Shown here piece by piece: positions 55,431-64,000 of a stretch of DNA of 64,000 nucleotides. The DNA comes from an uncultured bacterium (GTDB lineage Bacteria > Omnitrophota > Omnitrophia > Omnitrophales > Abzuiibacteriaceae). The stretch's first letter is position 1. Every line of letters starts with the position of its first letter. The notes under the pieces were generated by a model. That model was not told the DNA's origin. It did no database searches and was given only the letters and a program-made list of their open reading frames with translations. The stretch is taken from assembly GCA_964387845.1 (NCBI GenBank), contig CAYLXA010000011.1, positions 1 through 64,000 of the forward strand, written 5' to 3'. The translations under genes and the position numbers were made by a program.

Positions 55431-57467
55431 ATGCGACACATCCAGGTTAAAGATCGTCAGCTTCAGTTCGGCAACAAAAAAATCCCCCTTATCAGCGGCG
55501 AAGTTCATTACTGGCGCCTCAATCCCAGCTACTGGAAAGCCATTCTTACCAAAGTCAAGGAAATGGGCCTTGATATTGTTTCTACCTATGTGCCGTGGGA
55601 TTATCACGAATACAAGCAAGGCAAATTCGATTTTCATGGCAAAACGGATGAAACCCGCAATCTCGTAAGCTTTCTGGAGTTAACACGCAAGATGGGTTTT
55701 TGGGTCATCATCCGGCCCGGTCCTTATATTTACAGCGAATGGCCGAATGACGGCATTCCTTCTTACGCCTATAAATATCACCGCCTTCATCCCAAGTTCC
55801 TGGGATACGCCGAAAATTATTTAAGAAAAGTCACCGCCGTCATCAAACCATATTTGGCATCGCGTTCCAAAGGCCACATTGTTCTTGTCCAAGCCGACAA
55901 CGAAATCGATCCGTGGCCGGATGCATTCGGGCATCAATACGGACTTGCCGGAAAACCCGGCATGTTCCAGGAATTTTTGAGCCGGCGTTACGGCGGCGAT
56001 ATTGATTTGCTCAACCGAAACTGGAAAACCGAATACAAAAGCTTCAACGAGGCCGGCCCGTTTATTGCTTGCATGATGAAAGATGAGCGCGGGCTTCCTT
56101 TAAAGGGTGATAAAGAACTCCGCCGAAATCTTGATTATTTTGAATTCAAATATGATTACGCACATCAGTGTGCCAAATGGAATATCGAGATATTCCGCAA
56201 GCTCGGCGTCGATGTTCCGCTCTATTTGAACCTGTATCCGTTTTTTTATGCCCACGATTGGGCGCGCATGCAGTCTGAAAGCGATATGGTCGGAGTCGAT
56301 CTTTATCCTTCCAATGAATTAATGGAAGATGAGCATGAACACCGCAAGATGGTTGACAAGATCCGATATTTAAAGAGCATTTCGAAAGTTTCTTATATTG
56401 CCGAATTTGCCGCAGGTGTCTGGCATGCGCGGCATTATGAATCCGGTGTCCTGATGCCGAATCACTACCGCCTGATCACACTTTCCGCTTTGCAGGGCGG
56501 TGCGGCCGGATGGAATTGGTATATGCTCGTCAATCGCGACAATTGGTACATGTCGCCCATTAACGAATGGGGAAGGCCGCGCGCCGAGCTTTATCACGTT
56601 TTCAAAGACTTGGTTCATCTTTATCGCGAACTTGATCCGCCGTCATTGGAAAAATTAACGAACATCGCTGTGACGTTCAATCCCATTCAATATGCGGCGC
56701 GCACGATGCCGGTCGAAAGCCAGATTTTGACGGCGCTTTATGAAGCTGACCTGGATTATGAATTTATCAACCCCGAAATTGGATTGAGCGACAAGCCGAT
56801 TCTGTTTTATTCCGGTAATCAATGGCTCGGCAGGAAAGCGCAGAATAATTTAAGAAAGTACGTGGAGAAAGGCGGTATTTTGGTGGCATTCCGCAATTTT
56901 CCGAGAAAAGATGATAATTTCGAAACCTGCGATATTTTGGGCTTTGAGGAACCCTCCCGGATTTTATTTGAATTCCGTAGGAAGTTTGTCATCAAGCTTG
57001 ATAAAAAATCCAGCGCAGAAGCGAATAGCTCGGTTTTTAGTTATGATCACTGCAGCGGCAAACCGGTCAAGGTGGATTTTGGCAATTACGGTTCCCATAT
57101 CATCGGTTATGAGAAAAAAGTAGGGAAAGGCACGATTTTCCACTTGGGCGTGGAACCGACGAAGGAAATTATTCTGGCTATCCTTAGCTATTTCGGAATT
57201 GCGATTTATACCCATACGACTACGCGCGATGTTAAAACCAGCTTATTTCGGAAAGGGAAACGTTTTTATTTGATCGCGGTCAATAACGGAAAAGAAGACA
57301 AAAGCGCCGTGGTCGAATTGGGCCTCCCCAACGGGCGGGTCAGGCGCGTCAAAGCTACCGACCTTCAAACGCACGAAGAAAAAGAATATGTTTGCCATCA
57401 AGGTGTTTCGGTAAATGTCGATATTCCTAGAAAGGACGGCAAGGTCTTAGAAATCACTATTAAATAA
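55431..57467 (+). CDS. GH35-like beta-galactosidase family glycoside hydrolase
   Basis: TIM-barrel GH35-like motifs (…VSTYVPWDYHE…, …IIRPGPYIYSEWPNDGIP…, …QADNE…). Start ATG 55431 (MRHIQVK…). Confidence 0.6.
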   Translation: MRHIQVKDRQLQFGNKKIPLISGEVHYWRLNPSYWKAILTKVKEMGLDIVSTYVPWDYHEYKQGKFDFHGKTDETRNLVSFLELTRKMGFWVIIRPGPYIYSEWPNDGIPSYAYKYHRLHPKFLGYAENYLRKVTAVIKPYLASRSKGHIVLVQADNEIDPWPDAFGHQYGLAGKPGMFQEFLSRRYGGDIDLLNRNWKTEYKSFNEAGPFIACMMKDERGLPLKGDKELRRNLDYFEFKYDYAHQCAKWNIEIFRKLGVDVPLYLNLYPFFYAHDWARMQSESDMVGVDLYPSNELMEDEHEHRKMVDKIRYLKSISKVSYIAEFAAGVWHARHYESGVLMPNHYRLITLSALQGGAAGWNWYMLVNRDNWYMSPINEWGRPRAELYHVFKDLVHLYRELDPPSLEKLTNIAVTFNPIQYAARTMPVESQILTALYEADLDYEFINPEIGLSDKPILFYSGNQWLGRKAQNNLRKYVEKGGILVAFRNFPRKDDNFETCDILGFEEPSRILFEFRRKFVIKLDKKSSAEANSSVFSYDHCSGKPVKVDFGNYGSHIIGYEKKVGKGTIFHLGVEPTKEIILAILSYFGIAIYTHTTTRDVKTSLFRKGKRFYLIAVNNGKEDKSAVVELGLPNGRVRRVKATDLQTHEEKEYVCHQGVSVNVDIPRKDGKVLEITIK

Positions 57468-57484
57468 GAAAGCATCCGCCCGAT

Positions 57485-58375
57485 ATGTACGAATCGTTTT
57501 TCGGATTTAAAGAGTGCCCCTTCAACGTTACCCCAGATCCCAGGTTTATCTTCTTTAGCCGTCAGCACACCGAAGCTTTTTCGAGCTTGCTTTATGGAAT
57601 TGAATCCCGGAAAGGTTTTATTGCCGTTACCGGCGAAATCGGAGCCGGAAAAACTACGCTTTGCCGCCTTTTGCTTGAGAAATTAAAAGGCCGCGCGAAA
57701 ACATCGTTGATTTTAAATCCGAATTTATCGGAATCCGAGATTTTGCTTTCGGTGGTTGAAGATTTCGGCGTGGGTGTGCGCAGAAGCCTTTATCCGCAGA
57801 ATGTAGAGAAAGATTCAAATCTGGTGATCTTGCCGCCCGTTTCGGGAAATAAAAAAAGATACTTTGATTTATTAAACCGCTTTTTGCTTCACGAGTTTGA
57901 ACAGGGGTCGAACGCCGTATTGATCGTGGATGAAGCGCAGGATTTAAAACCAAGAGCGCTTGAGCAAATCCGCCTGCTTTCGAATTTAGAAACAGACAAG
58001 CACAAACTGATTCAAATCATTCTGGTCGGCCAGCCCGAACTTCGAGATACCTTGAACAGCCCGAATTTGGAGCAGCTCCGTCAGAGAATCGTGGTTTCCT
58101 ATCATCTGCGTAATCTCGATTTGAACGATACCAAAGCCTACATCATCCATCGTCTTCGTGTGGTGGGCTGGATGGAAGAAATGCTTTCGATCGATGCGTC
58201 TGCGTTTGAAGCAATTTACCGCTGCACGGAAGGCATTCCGCGGCTCATCAATGTTTTGTGCGACCGGACGCTTTTGTCGGCTTATGCAAAAGGCGCGCGG
58301 GCCGTGAACGCTTCCAATGTGGAAGAAGCCAGAAGTGATTTGGCATGGATACCGGAGATGGCCGCCGCTGCTTGA
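57485..58375 (+). CDS. ExeA/GspA-like AAA ATPase
   Basis: Walker A GEIGAGKTTL and Walker B ILIVDEAQ in the AAA_22 arrangement typical of ExeA. Confidence 0.6.
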   Translation: MYESFFGFKECPFNVTPDPRFIFFSRQHTEAFSSLLYGIESRKGFIAVTGEIGAGKTTLCRLLLEKLKGRAKTSLILNPNLSESEILLSVVEDFGVGVRRSLYPQNVEKDSNLVILPPVSGNKKRYFDLLNRFLLHEFEQGSNAVLIVDEAQDLKPRALEQIRLLSNLETDKHKLIQIILVGQPELRDTLNSPNLEQLRQRIVVSYHLRNLDLNDTKAYIIHRLRVVGWMEEMLSIDASAFEAIYRCTEGIPRLINVLCDRTLLSAYAKGARAVNASNVEEARSDLAWIPEMAAAA

Positions 58376-58384
58376 GGTCATGAC

Positions 58385-59068
58385 ATGAGCATTATCAACG
58401 ATGCCCTTAAAAGGGCCGAGCAGTTTCGAAAGTGGACCAGCAGCGAAGTTTCAGCCGCCACTCATTCAGCAAGCCGTTCCGAAGTTGCGGTTTTAGACGA
58501 GCCGCCGCCTCCAAAAGTTCAACCGGTTACGCCGCGCCCCAAAATCAAAGTCGAGGCGCCAACCGAAATTCCGAAACCGCTTCCTGAGAAGAAAGCCAAA
58601 ACTCAGGCTGCTTCTCCGAATTCATTCTTAATTGTTTCATTGGTCGGATTATCAGTCTTGATTGTGGTGGCGCTCTTCCTGCTTTTATCTCGTTTTTCTG
58701 TCAGCCATGACTCGATTTTGAACCAAACAATCGCAGAACCTGTTTCCGGCATTCAGGCCGATGCAGCTCTCTTGACGGAAATTCAAGCGCCGGCGGTTGT
58801 TAGTCAAGCGCAAGCTCCCGCGATCCAGGCGCCCAAACCGGAATCTAAACGCATCATCCGCAAAGAACGAAAAACACCGCGGCCTCTGAAGTCTCAATAT
58901 CAATTGACCGGTGTTTACGGGATCGGCGGGTCAGAACGCTATGCGTTCATCAACGGCAAGATCGTGCAAACCGGCGGAATCGTGAATGATGCTTCCGTGG
59001 TGTCGATCGATCAAAATTCCGTGACGCTCAAGCGCGGAAGCCGTGTTTTTGTTTTGACGATGCCCTGA
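58385..59068 (+). CDS. GspB-like bitopic membrane protein with Pro-rich linker (partner of the ExeA-like ATPase)
   Basis: N-terminal cytoplasmic segment, Pro-rich region, single TM (LIVSLVGLSVLIVVALFLLL), C-terminal periplasmic domain. Gene-order inference. Confidence 0.4.
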   Translation: MSIINDALKRAEQFRKWTSSEVSAATHSASRSEVAVLDEPPPPKVQPVTPRPKIKVEAPTEIPKPLPEKKAKTQAASPNSFLIVSLVGLSVLIVVALFLLLSRFSVSHDSILNQTIAEPVSGIQADAALLTEIQAPAVVSQAQAPAIQAPKPESKRIIRKERKTPRPLKSQYQLTGVYGIGGSERYAFINGKIVQTGGIVNDASVVSIDQNSVTLKRGSRVFVLTMP

Positions 59069-59110
59069 GTTTTTGATATAAACCCGAATATTCCCTCCAC
59101 GCAATTTCCT

Positions 59111-59253
59111 ATGAAGCCATACTCTGTCTACGAAAAGATTATTTTCCTGATTTTCCTGATTTTGCTACTTGTGTGGACGGCTTGGGGGCGTTGGGATGAC
59201 CTGAAGTTTGAAAGTTTCGGCCTCATTCAGTCTTTGCGGGATTTTCTGATAAA
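59111..59253 (+). CDS. unannotated small membrane peptide (47 aa), hypothetical
   Basis: ATG 59111; MKPYSVYEKIIFLIFLILLLVWTAWGRWDDLKF… with a single TM. Contains tandem ttcctgatt repeats. Low confidence. Confidence 0.25.
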
Positions 59254-59263
59254 ACCCGATTGA

Positions 59264-59292
59264 TTGACATTCCTTTCAGCGGATGGTAGAGT
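59264..59292 (+). promoter_or_regulatory. candidate sigma-70-type promoter TTGACA-17-TAGAGT for the rfaE-kdsB-pyrG-kdsA-kdsD operon
   Basis: Perfect -35 hexamer at 59264-59269, 17-nt spacer, TAGAGT at 59287-59292. Confidence 0.35.
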
Positions 59293-59337
59293 ACGCACCC
59301 ATGTTAATTGTCATCCATCCAAACCGTATTCATTAAC

Positions 59338-60369
59338 ATGGCGATCAAGAGCAAGACACCTAAAACTCCTAAAACATCGATTCCCAAGAGCCGTTTTACC
59401 AGTCTCATTCGGCACTTCAACAAAAATCACCTCATCATTATCGGCGATTTCATATTAGATGAATTTGTCTGGGGAACGGTAGACCGCATTTCTCCCGAAG
59501 CGCCGGTTCCGGTTGTGCGTGTAGACCGTGAATCATTCATGCCGGGCGGGGCGCTCAATGTGGCGCATAATATCCGTTCGCTGAAAGGCATCGTGTATCC
59601 GTGCGGCGTCGTGGGCCGTGATCTTTACGGTAGAATGCTGCTGAAAGTTATGCGCCGCGAAAAAATCGAAACCGGCGGCGTGATTTACGATAAGGCCCGC
59701 CCGACAACCTTAAAAACACGTGTGATTGCGCATTCGCAGCAAGTGGTCCGCTTCGACCGCGAAAAGTCTGGGAATATCAGCGAAGCCGACTCCAAACAAA
59801 TCCTCAAATTTGTCCGCGAAACTCTCAATCATTCACATGTTTTAATTATCGAAGATTACGGAAAAGGCGTTGTCACGCCCGAGCTTTTGCGTGAAATCAT
59901 TCAACTGGCCCGTTCGCGTAAAGTTCCGATCCTGGTGGACCCAAAAGAGAAAAACTTTTCATACTATAGAGGCGTCACTGCCATTACGCCGAACAAAAAA
60001 GAAGCACTGGCGGCTTATGGCGCCCGAACTTCGGATGAACAACCGTCGCTCGAAAAAGTCGGCGAGCGGTTGCTTGAAAAATTTGAATGCGATGCCGTGT
60101 TAATGACGCTCGGCGAAGAGGGAATGATGCTGTTTGAAAAAAATGGCGACATCACGCGGATTCCGACCGCCGCGCGCGAAGTGTATGATGTTTCCGGAGC
60201 GGGCGACACCGTGATTTCCGTTTTCGGTTTGGCATTGGCATCCGGCGCCACGATGAAAGAAGCCGCGTTTTTAGCGAACGCAGCCGCGGGCGTTGTGGTC
60301 GGCAAACTCGGAACCGCAACACTTTCGCAGGAAGAATTGCTGGATGCGCTGAGCGGGAAAAGCACATGA
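59338..60369 (+). CDS. rfaE: D-glycero-beta-D-manno-heptose-7-phosphate kinase (RfaE domain I / HldE kinase domain; PfkB family)
   Basis: …LIIIGDFILDEFVWGTVDRISPEAPVPVV… matches the HldE N-terminal kinase signature. DVSGAGDT PfkB motif. The track ORF starts at TTG 59308. Confidence 0.8.
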   Translation: MAIKSKTPKTPKTSIPKSRFTSLIRHFNKNHLIIIGDFILDEFVWGTVDRISPEAPVPVVRVDRESFMPGGALNVAHNIRSLKGIVYPCGVVGRDLYGRMLLKVMRREKIETGGVIYDKARPTTLKTRVIAHSQQVVRFDREKSGNISEADSKQILKFVRETLNHSHVLIIEDYGKGVVTPELLREIIQLARSRKVPILVDPKEKNFSYYRGVTAITPNKKEALAAYGARTSDEQPSLEKVGERLLEKFECDAVLMTLGEEGMMLFEKNGDITRIPTAAREVYDVSGAGDTVISVFGLALASGATMKEAAFLANAAAGVVVGKLGTATLSQEELLDALSGKST

Positions 60370-61100
60370 AAGCAATTTGCGTGATTCCGGCCCGGCTTGA
60401 ATCCACAAGACTTGCGCGCAAACTTTTAAGGCCTCTTGCTGGCAAACTTTTGATACAATACGCCTACGAAAATGCAAAGCGCGCCAAAAAATGTGCAAAA
60501 GTTTTAGTGGCCTGTGATCACGAAGATTTGATAAAGGCCGTCGAAGCGTTCGGCGGCGAAGCGGTGCTGACGAGTGAGTATCACCAAAGCGGTACCGAAA
60601 GAATTGCGGAAGTGGCGGAAAAATTTCCGGCCGATGTGTATGTGAATTTACAGGCGGACGAGCCGCTCCTTCATTCGAGCGCAATCGATGATCTGATTTC
60701 CGCTTTTGAAGTCGAGCCGGATTTGAAAATGGCGACGGCTTGCATCCGGATGCGCGAAGAATCCGATTTTCTGAACCCGAATGTCGTAAAAGTGGTCAAA
60801 AATCAGAAGGATGAAGCGCTTTATTTTTCGCGTTCGCCGATTCCGCATGACCGCGAAAAGGCATCGACAGATTTTTTTAAGCATCTCGGGATTTACGCGT
60901 ATGAGCGTCAGTTTTTGATTAAAATTCCGAAGCTGACGGCGTCGAATTTAGAAAAACGCGAGAAATTAGAACAACTGCGCGTACTCGATAACGGTTTTAC
61001 GATCAAAGTTTTGGAAACGGCTTACGATTCGATCGGCGTTGATACGGAAGAGGATTTGAAAAAAGTGGAGAAAATATTGAAAGAAGGCGCCCGTGCCTAA
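60366..61100 (+). CDS. kdsB: 3-deoxy-manno-octulosonate cytidylyltransferase (CMP-Kdo synthetase)
   Basis: [19 protein letters not shown]… is the KdsB signature. Confidence 0.9.
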   Translation: MKAICVIPARLESTRLARKLLRPLAGKLLIQYAYENAKRAKKCAKVLVACDHEDLIKAVEAFGGEAVLTSEYHQSGTERIAEVAEKFPADVYVNLQADEPLLHSSAIDDLISAFEVEPDLKMATACIRMREESDFLNPNVVKVVKNQKDEALYFSRSPIPHDREKASTDFFKHLGIYAYERQFLIKIPKLTASNLEKREKLEQLRVLDNGFTIKVLETAYDSIGVDTEEDLKKVEKILKEGARA

Positions 61101-62775
61101 GTATATTTTTGTGACCGGCGGCGTGGTTTCATCGCTCGGCAAAGGCATTGCTTCCGCGTCCATCGGCAAGCTGCTCGAAACCAAAGGGCTTAAAGTCATG
61201 ATGCAAAAGCTGGATCCTTACATCAACGTGGATCCCGGCACGATGAATCCTTACGAGCACGGCGAAGTTTACGTGACGGATGACGGCGCCGAAACGGATT
61301 TGGATTTGGGCCATTACGAGCGCTACACACATTCACCGCTCGGAAAGTTCAGCAACGTCACGACCGGCCAGGTTTATTACAGCGTGATTTCAAAAGAGCG
61401 GCGCGGCGATTATTTGGGCAGCACCGTTCAAGTAATTCCGCACATCACGGATGAAATCAAGGAAAGAATCCGCGCAGTGTCGAAAGGCAAACGCTGCGAT
61501 GTCGTGATTTCCGAAATCGGCGGAACGGTCGGCGATATCGAATCGCTTCCGTTTTTGGAAGCCGCGCGCCAATTCCGCCACGAAGTCGGGCGCGACAATG
61601 TGATTTTCATTCACCTCACACTTCTTCCGTTTATCCGGGCAGCCGGAGAACTCAAAACAAAACCGACTCAGCACAGCGTCGGCCGTTTGCGCGAAATCGG
61701 TATTCAGCCCGACATTTTGCTTTGCCGGACGGAACGCCGCCTGGGAAATGACTTGAAACGTAAGATCGCGCTTTTCTGCGACGTGGATACCGACGGCGTC
61801 ATCGAAGCGCGCGACGTTCGGACGATTTATGAAGTCCCGCTGATGTTTAAAGAGCAAGGACTCGACAAAGCGATTTGCCGCTTTTTGGGAATCGATTATA
61901 AAGCCGGCAATTTGCAGGATTGGAAATCGAACGTTGTGGATAAGGTCCTTAATCCGAAGCATCGCGTCAGAATCGCGGTGGTCGGAAAATACATCGAACT
62001 GAAAGACGCCTATAAATCAATTTATGAGGCGCTTACGCATGCCGGTATTGCAAGTAATACGGAAGTGATCATCCGCCGCTACAACGCTGAGCGGATGATG
62101 AAGGGGAATTTGGACCGCTTTCTCTGGAATATTGACGGTATTTTGGTTCCGGGTGGATTCGGCAGCCGCGGCATCGAAGGAAAAATCCGCGTGATTCAGT
62201 ACGCGCGTGAAAATAAAGTGCCGTTTTTCGGCATTTGTTTGGGGATGCAATGCGCTGTGATTGAATTTGCGCGCAACGTTGCCAATCTCAAAAATGCAAA
62301 CTCCACCGAATTCAATAAAAAGACCCCGCATCCCGTGATCAGCATGCTGGAAGAGCAGGAGGGCGTTAAAGACCTGGGCGGCACCATGCGCTTGGGTGCA
62401 TATCCGTGCGATTTGAAAAAAAATACGAAAGCGCATGACGCGTACCGCGCAGACCAAATTTCAGAGCGCCACCGCCACCGTTACGAATTCAATAACAAAT
62501 ACCGTGAAACGCTCGAGTCACACGGGCTGCGCGTTTCGGGAACCTATCAAAATAATAAGCTGGTTGAAATCGTTGAGTTGCCGGAACATCCGTGGTTTGT
62601 GGCCGGCCAGTTTCATCCGGAGTTTCAATCAAAGCCTGACGTGCCGCACCCATTGTTCAAATCATTTGTAGCCAAGGCGCTTCAATTTAAGCGCTCGGTT
62701 GATTTAGCGGATCATGAACAAGACGACGATAACCAAAACACCGAAACCATCCATGAAACCAGTACGCTTGCTTGA
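61093..62775 (+). CDS. pyrG: CTP synthase
   Basis: [19 protein letters not shown]…; C-terminal glutamine amidotransferase domain (GICLGMQ). Confidence 0.95.
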   Translation: MPKYIFVTGGVVSSLGKGIASASIGKLLETKGLKVMMQKLDPYINVDPGTMNPYEHGEVYVTDDGAETDLDLGHYERYTHSPLGKFSNVTTGQVYYSVISKERRGDYLGSTVQVIPHITDEIKERIRAVSKGKRCDVVISEIGGTVGDIESLPFLEAARQFRHEVGRDNVIFIHLTLLPFIRAAGELKTKPTQHSVGRLREIGIQPDILLCRTERRLGNDLKRKIALFCDVDTDGVIEARDVRTIYEVPLMFKEQGLDKAICRFLGIDYKAGNLQDWKSNVVDKVLNPKHRVRIAVVGKYIELKDAYKSIYEALTHAGIASNTEVIIRRYNAERMMKGNLDRFLWNIDGILVPGGFGSRGIEGKIRVIQYARENKVPFFGICLGMQCAVIEFARNVANLKNANSTEFNKKTPHPVISMLEEQEGVKDLGGTMRLGAYPCDLKKNTKAHDAYRADQISERHRHRYEFNNKYRETLESHGLRVSGTYQNNKLVEIVELPEHPWFVAGQFHPEFQSKPDVPHPLFKSFVAKALQFKRSVDLADHEQDDDNQNTETIHETSTLA

Positions 62776-63574
62776 CATTACTTTCGGAAGCCCGAACGAG
62801 TTTGTGTTGATCGCGGGCCCCTGTGTCATTGAAAACGAGAAAAGCGCGCTGCGCCACGCCGAGAAAATTTCGCAGGTCGCACGCGAACTTCAGATTCCGT
62901 ACGTGTATAAATCCAGTTTCGACAAAGCCAACCGCTCTTCCGGAGATTCCTTTCGCGGTCCTGGTATCAAAAAAGGCTTGGCAATTCTGAAGAAAATCAA
63001 AAAGGAATTTGATGTTCCGATTTTAAGCGACATTCACGAAATTGCGCAGGTGAAGCCGGCTGCTGAAGTGATCGACATTCTGCAAATCCCGGCGTTTTTG
63101 TGCCGTCAGACGGATTTGGTGGTTGCGTGTGCCAAGACGAAAAGAATTGTGAACGTGAAGAAAGGCCAGTTTTTGGCGCCGTGGGATATGAAAAATATCG
63201 TCCGAAAAATTGAGGCCGCCGGAAACCGCAATATTTTACTCACGGAGCGCGGCGTTTCGTTCGGCTACAATTATTTGGTGAGCGATTTCCGCGCGATCCC
63301 GGTCATGCGCGAACTGGGTTATCCGGTTGTGTTCGACGCAACGCATTCCGTACAGCTTCCGGGCGGCTTGGGGCATGCTTCAGGCGGTAACGCCGAATTT
63401 ATTCCGACGCTTGCACGCTGCGCGATTGCGAGCGGTGCCGATGCGATTTTCATGGAAGTCCACGAAAATCCGAAGGAAGCCAAATCCGACGGGCCAAACA
63501 ATTTGCCGCTTTCAGAACTCAAGTCGCTTCTTACGGTTTTAAAACACATCCGCCGGGTAGCGCCTGTCCACTAA
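62756..63574 (+). CDS. kdsA: 2-dehydro-3-deoxyphosphooctonate aldolase (Kdo-8-phosphate synthase)
   Basis: …[11 protein letters not shown]…; DAHP/KDO8P synthase fold motifs. The likely start is ATG 62756; the track ORF starts at 62714. Confidence 0.85.
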   Translation, partial: KPVRLLDITFGSPNEFVLIAGPCVIENEKSALRHAEKISQVARELQIPYVYKSSFDKANRSSGDSFRGPGIKKGLAILKKIKKEFDVPILSDIHEIAQVKPAAEVIDILQIPAFLCRQTDLVVACAKTKRIVNVKKGQFLAPWDMKNIVRKIEAAGNRNILLTERGVSFGYNYLVSDFRAIPVMRELGYPVVFDATHSVQLPGGLGHASGGNAEFIPTLARCAIASGADAIFMEVHENPKEAKSDGPNNLPLSELKSLLTVLKHIRRVAPVH

Positions 63575-63575
63575 A

Positions 63576-64000
63576 ATGAAATCCGACCGCACGCTGGCCA
63601 AAAAAATCATCAAAGTTGAAGCTGACGCGATCAAAGCGCTTTTGTCGCGCATTGACCAAAAGTTTGAGAAAGCGCTCAGCTTGCTCGAAAATGCCTCAGG
63701 CCGTGTCATCATCACGGGAATGGGCAAGCCCGGTTTGATCGGCCGAAAAATCGCGGCAACACTTGCTTCGACGGGAACGCCGAGTCTTTTTTTACATCCG
63801 GCCGAAGCCATTCACGGTGATTTGGGGATGGTGACGAGGCATGACGTTGTGCTAGCGATTTCAAACAGCGGGGAAACGGAAGAAATCACAAAACTGCTTT
63901 CCACGATTAAAAAAATCGGCTCCAAATTAATCGCGTTAACGGGGAATTTGAAATCCACTTTGGCGCGCCATGCGGACGTGGTTCTGGATGTCGGCGTTCA
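63576..64000 (+). CDS. kdsD: arabinose-5-phosphate isomerase KdsD/KpsF (SIS domain), 3'-truncated by window end
   Basis: ATG 63576. SIS-domain sequence …GRVIITGMGKPGLIGRKIAATLASTGTPSLFLHPAEAIHGDLGMV… runs off the window. Confidence 0.8.
   Translation, partial: MKSDRTLAKKIIKVEADAIKALLSRIDQKFEKALSLLENASGRVIITGMGKPGLIGRKIAATLASTGTPSLFLHPAEAIHGDLGMVTRHDVVLAISNSGETEEITKLLSTIKKIGSKLIALTGNLKSTLARHADVVLDVGV

Overview
This is a 64-kb chromosomal window from a Gram-negative (diderm) bacterium. It uses Shine-Dalgarno sites, has moderate GC, and carries an lpxC-fabZ fusion plus lpxI; the phylum cannot be assigned from sequence alone (an FCB-group-like or candidate-phylum lineage is plausible). The first 18 kb is one uninterrupted + strand ORF of 6025 aa. 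That protein is modular and membrane-anchored. It carries HEAT-like repeat arrays, an embedded acyl-CoA dehydrogenase domain, an alpha/beta-hydrolase domain (GYSMG), an APH/protein-kinase-like catalytic motif (DLHLEN...DFG) and several transmembrane clusters. A short motif [S/T]-R-[S/A]-E-L-R recurs about 14 times, encoded by varying synonymous codons, and each copy sits at a boundary between recognizable modules. The final copy lies 6 residues from the C-terminus. I take this motif-punctuated giant gene as the best candidate for an undescribed system: a processed polyprotein, or a fused multi-enzyme membrane assembly with a conserved linker or modification signal. The remaining 46 kb is largely conserved core-genome. 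In order it holds an orphan sugar ABC permease pair, glmU-prs-rplY-pth, rpsF-ssb-rpsR-rplI-dnaB, and the lipid A cluster bamA-skp-lpxC/fabZ-lpxA-lpxI. Next come a GAF/sigma-54 activator, an APC permease fused to a Usp domain, and amt-glnK behind a sigma-54 promoter, then lpxB with an oxidoreductase on the - strand, and msbA. After that come rpsB-tsf-pyrH-frr and tRNA-Lys/Glu. Accessory genes follow: a GT87-like membrane protein, a PAP2 phosphatase, a bactofilin-HTH fusion next to an HTH-TM protein, acpS, a YdjC-family protein and surE. The window ends with tRNA-Ala, tRNA-Leu with leuS directly downstream, a GH35-like glycosidase, a GspA/B-like pair, and the LPS-core cluster rfaE-kdsB-pyrG-kdsA-kdsD. 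Non-coding highlights are a family of heptamer-built inverted-repeat hairpins directly downstream of genes, and a perfect 55-bp inverted repeat that brackets one permease gene. The interleaved hairpins between tsf and pyrH are also notable.
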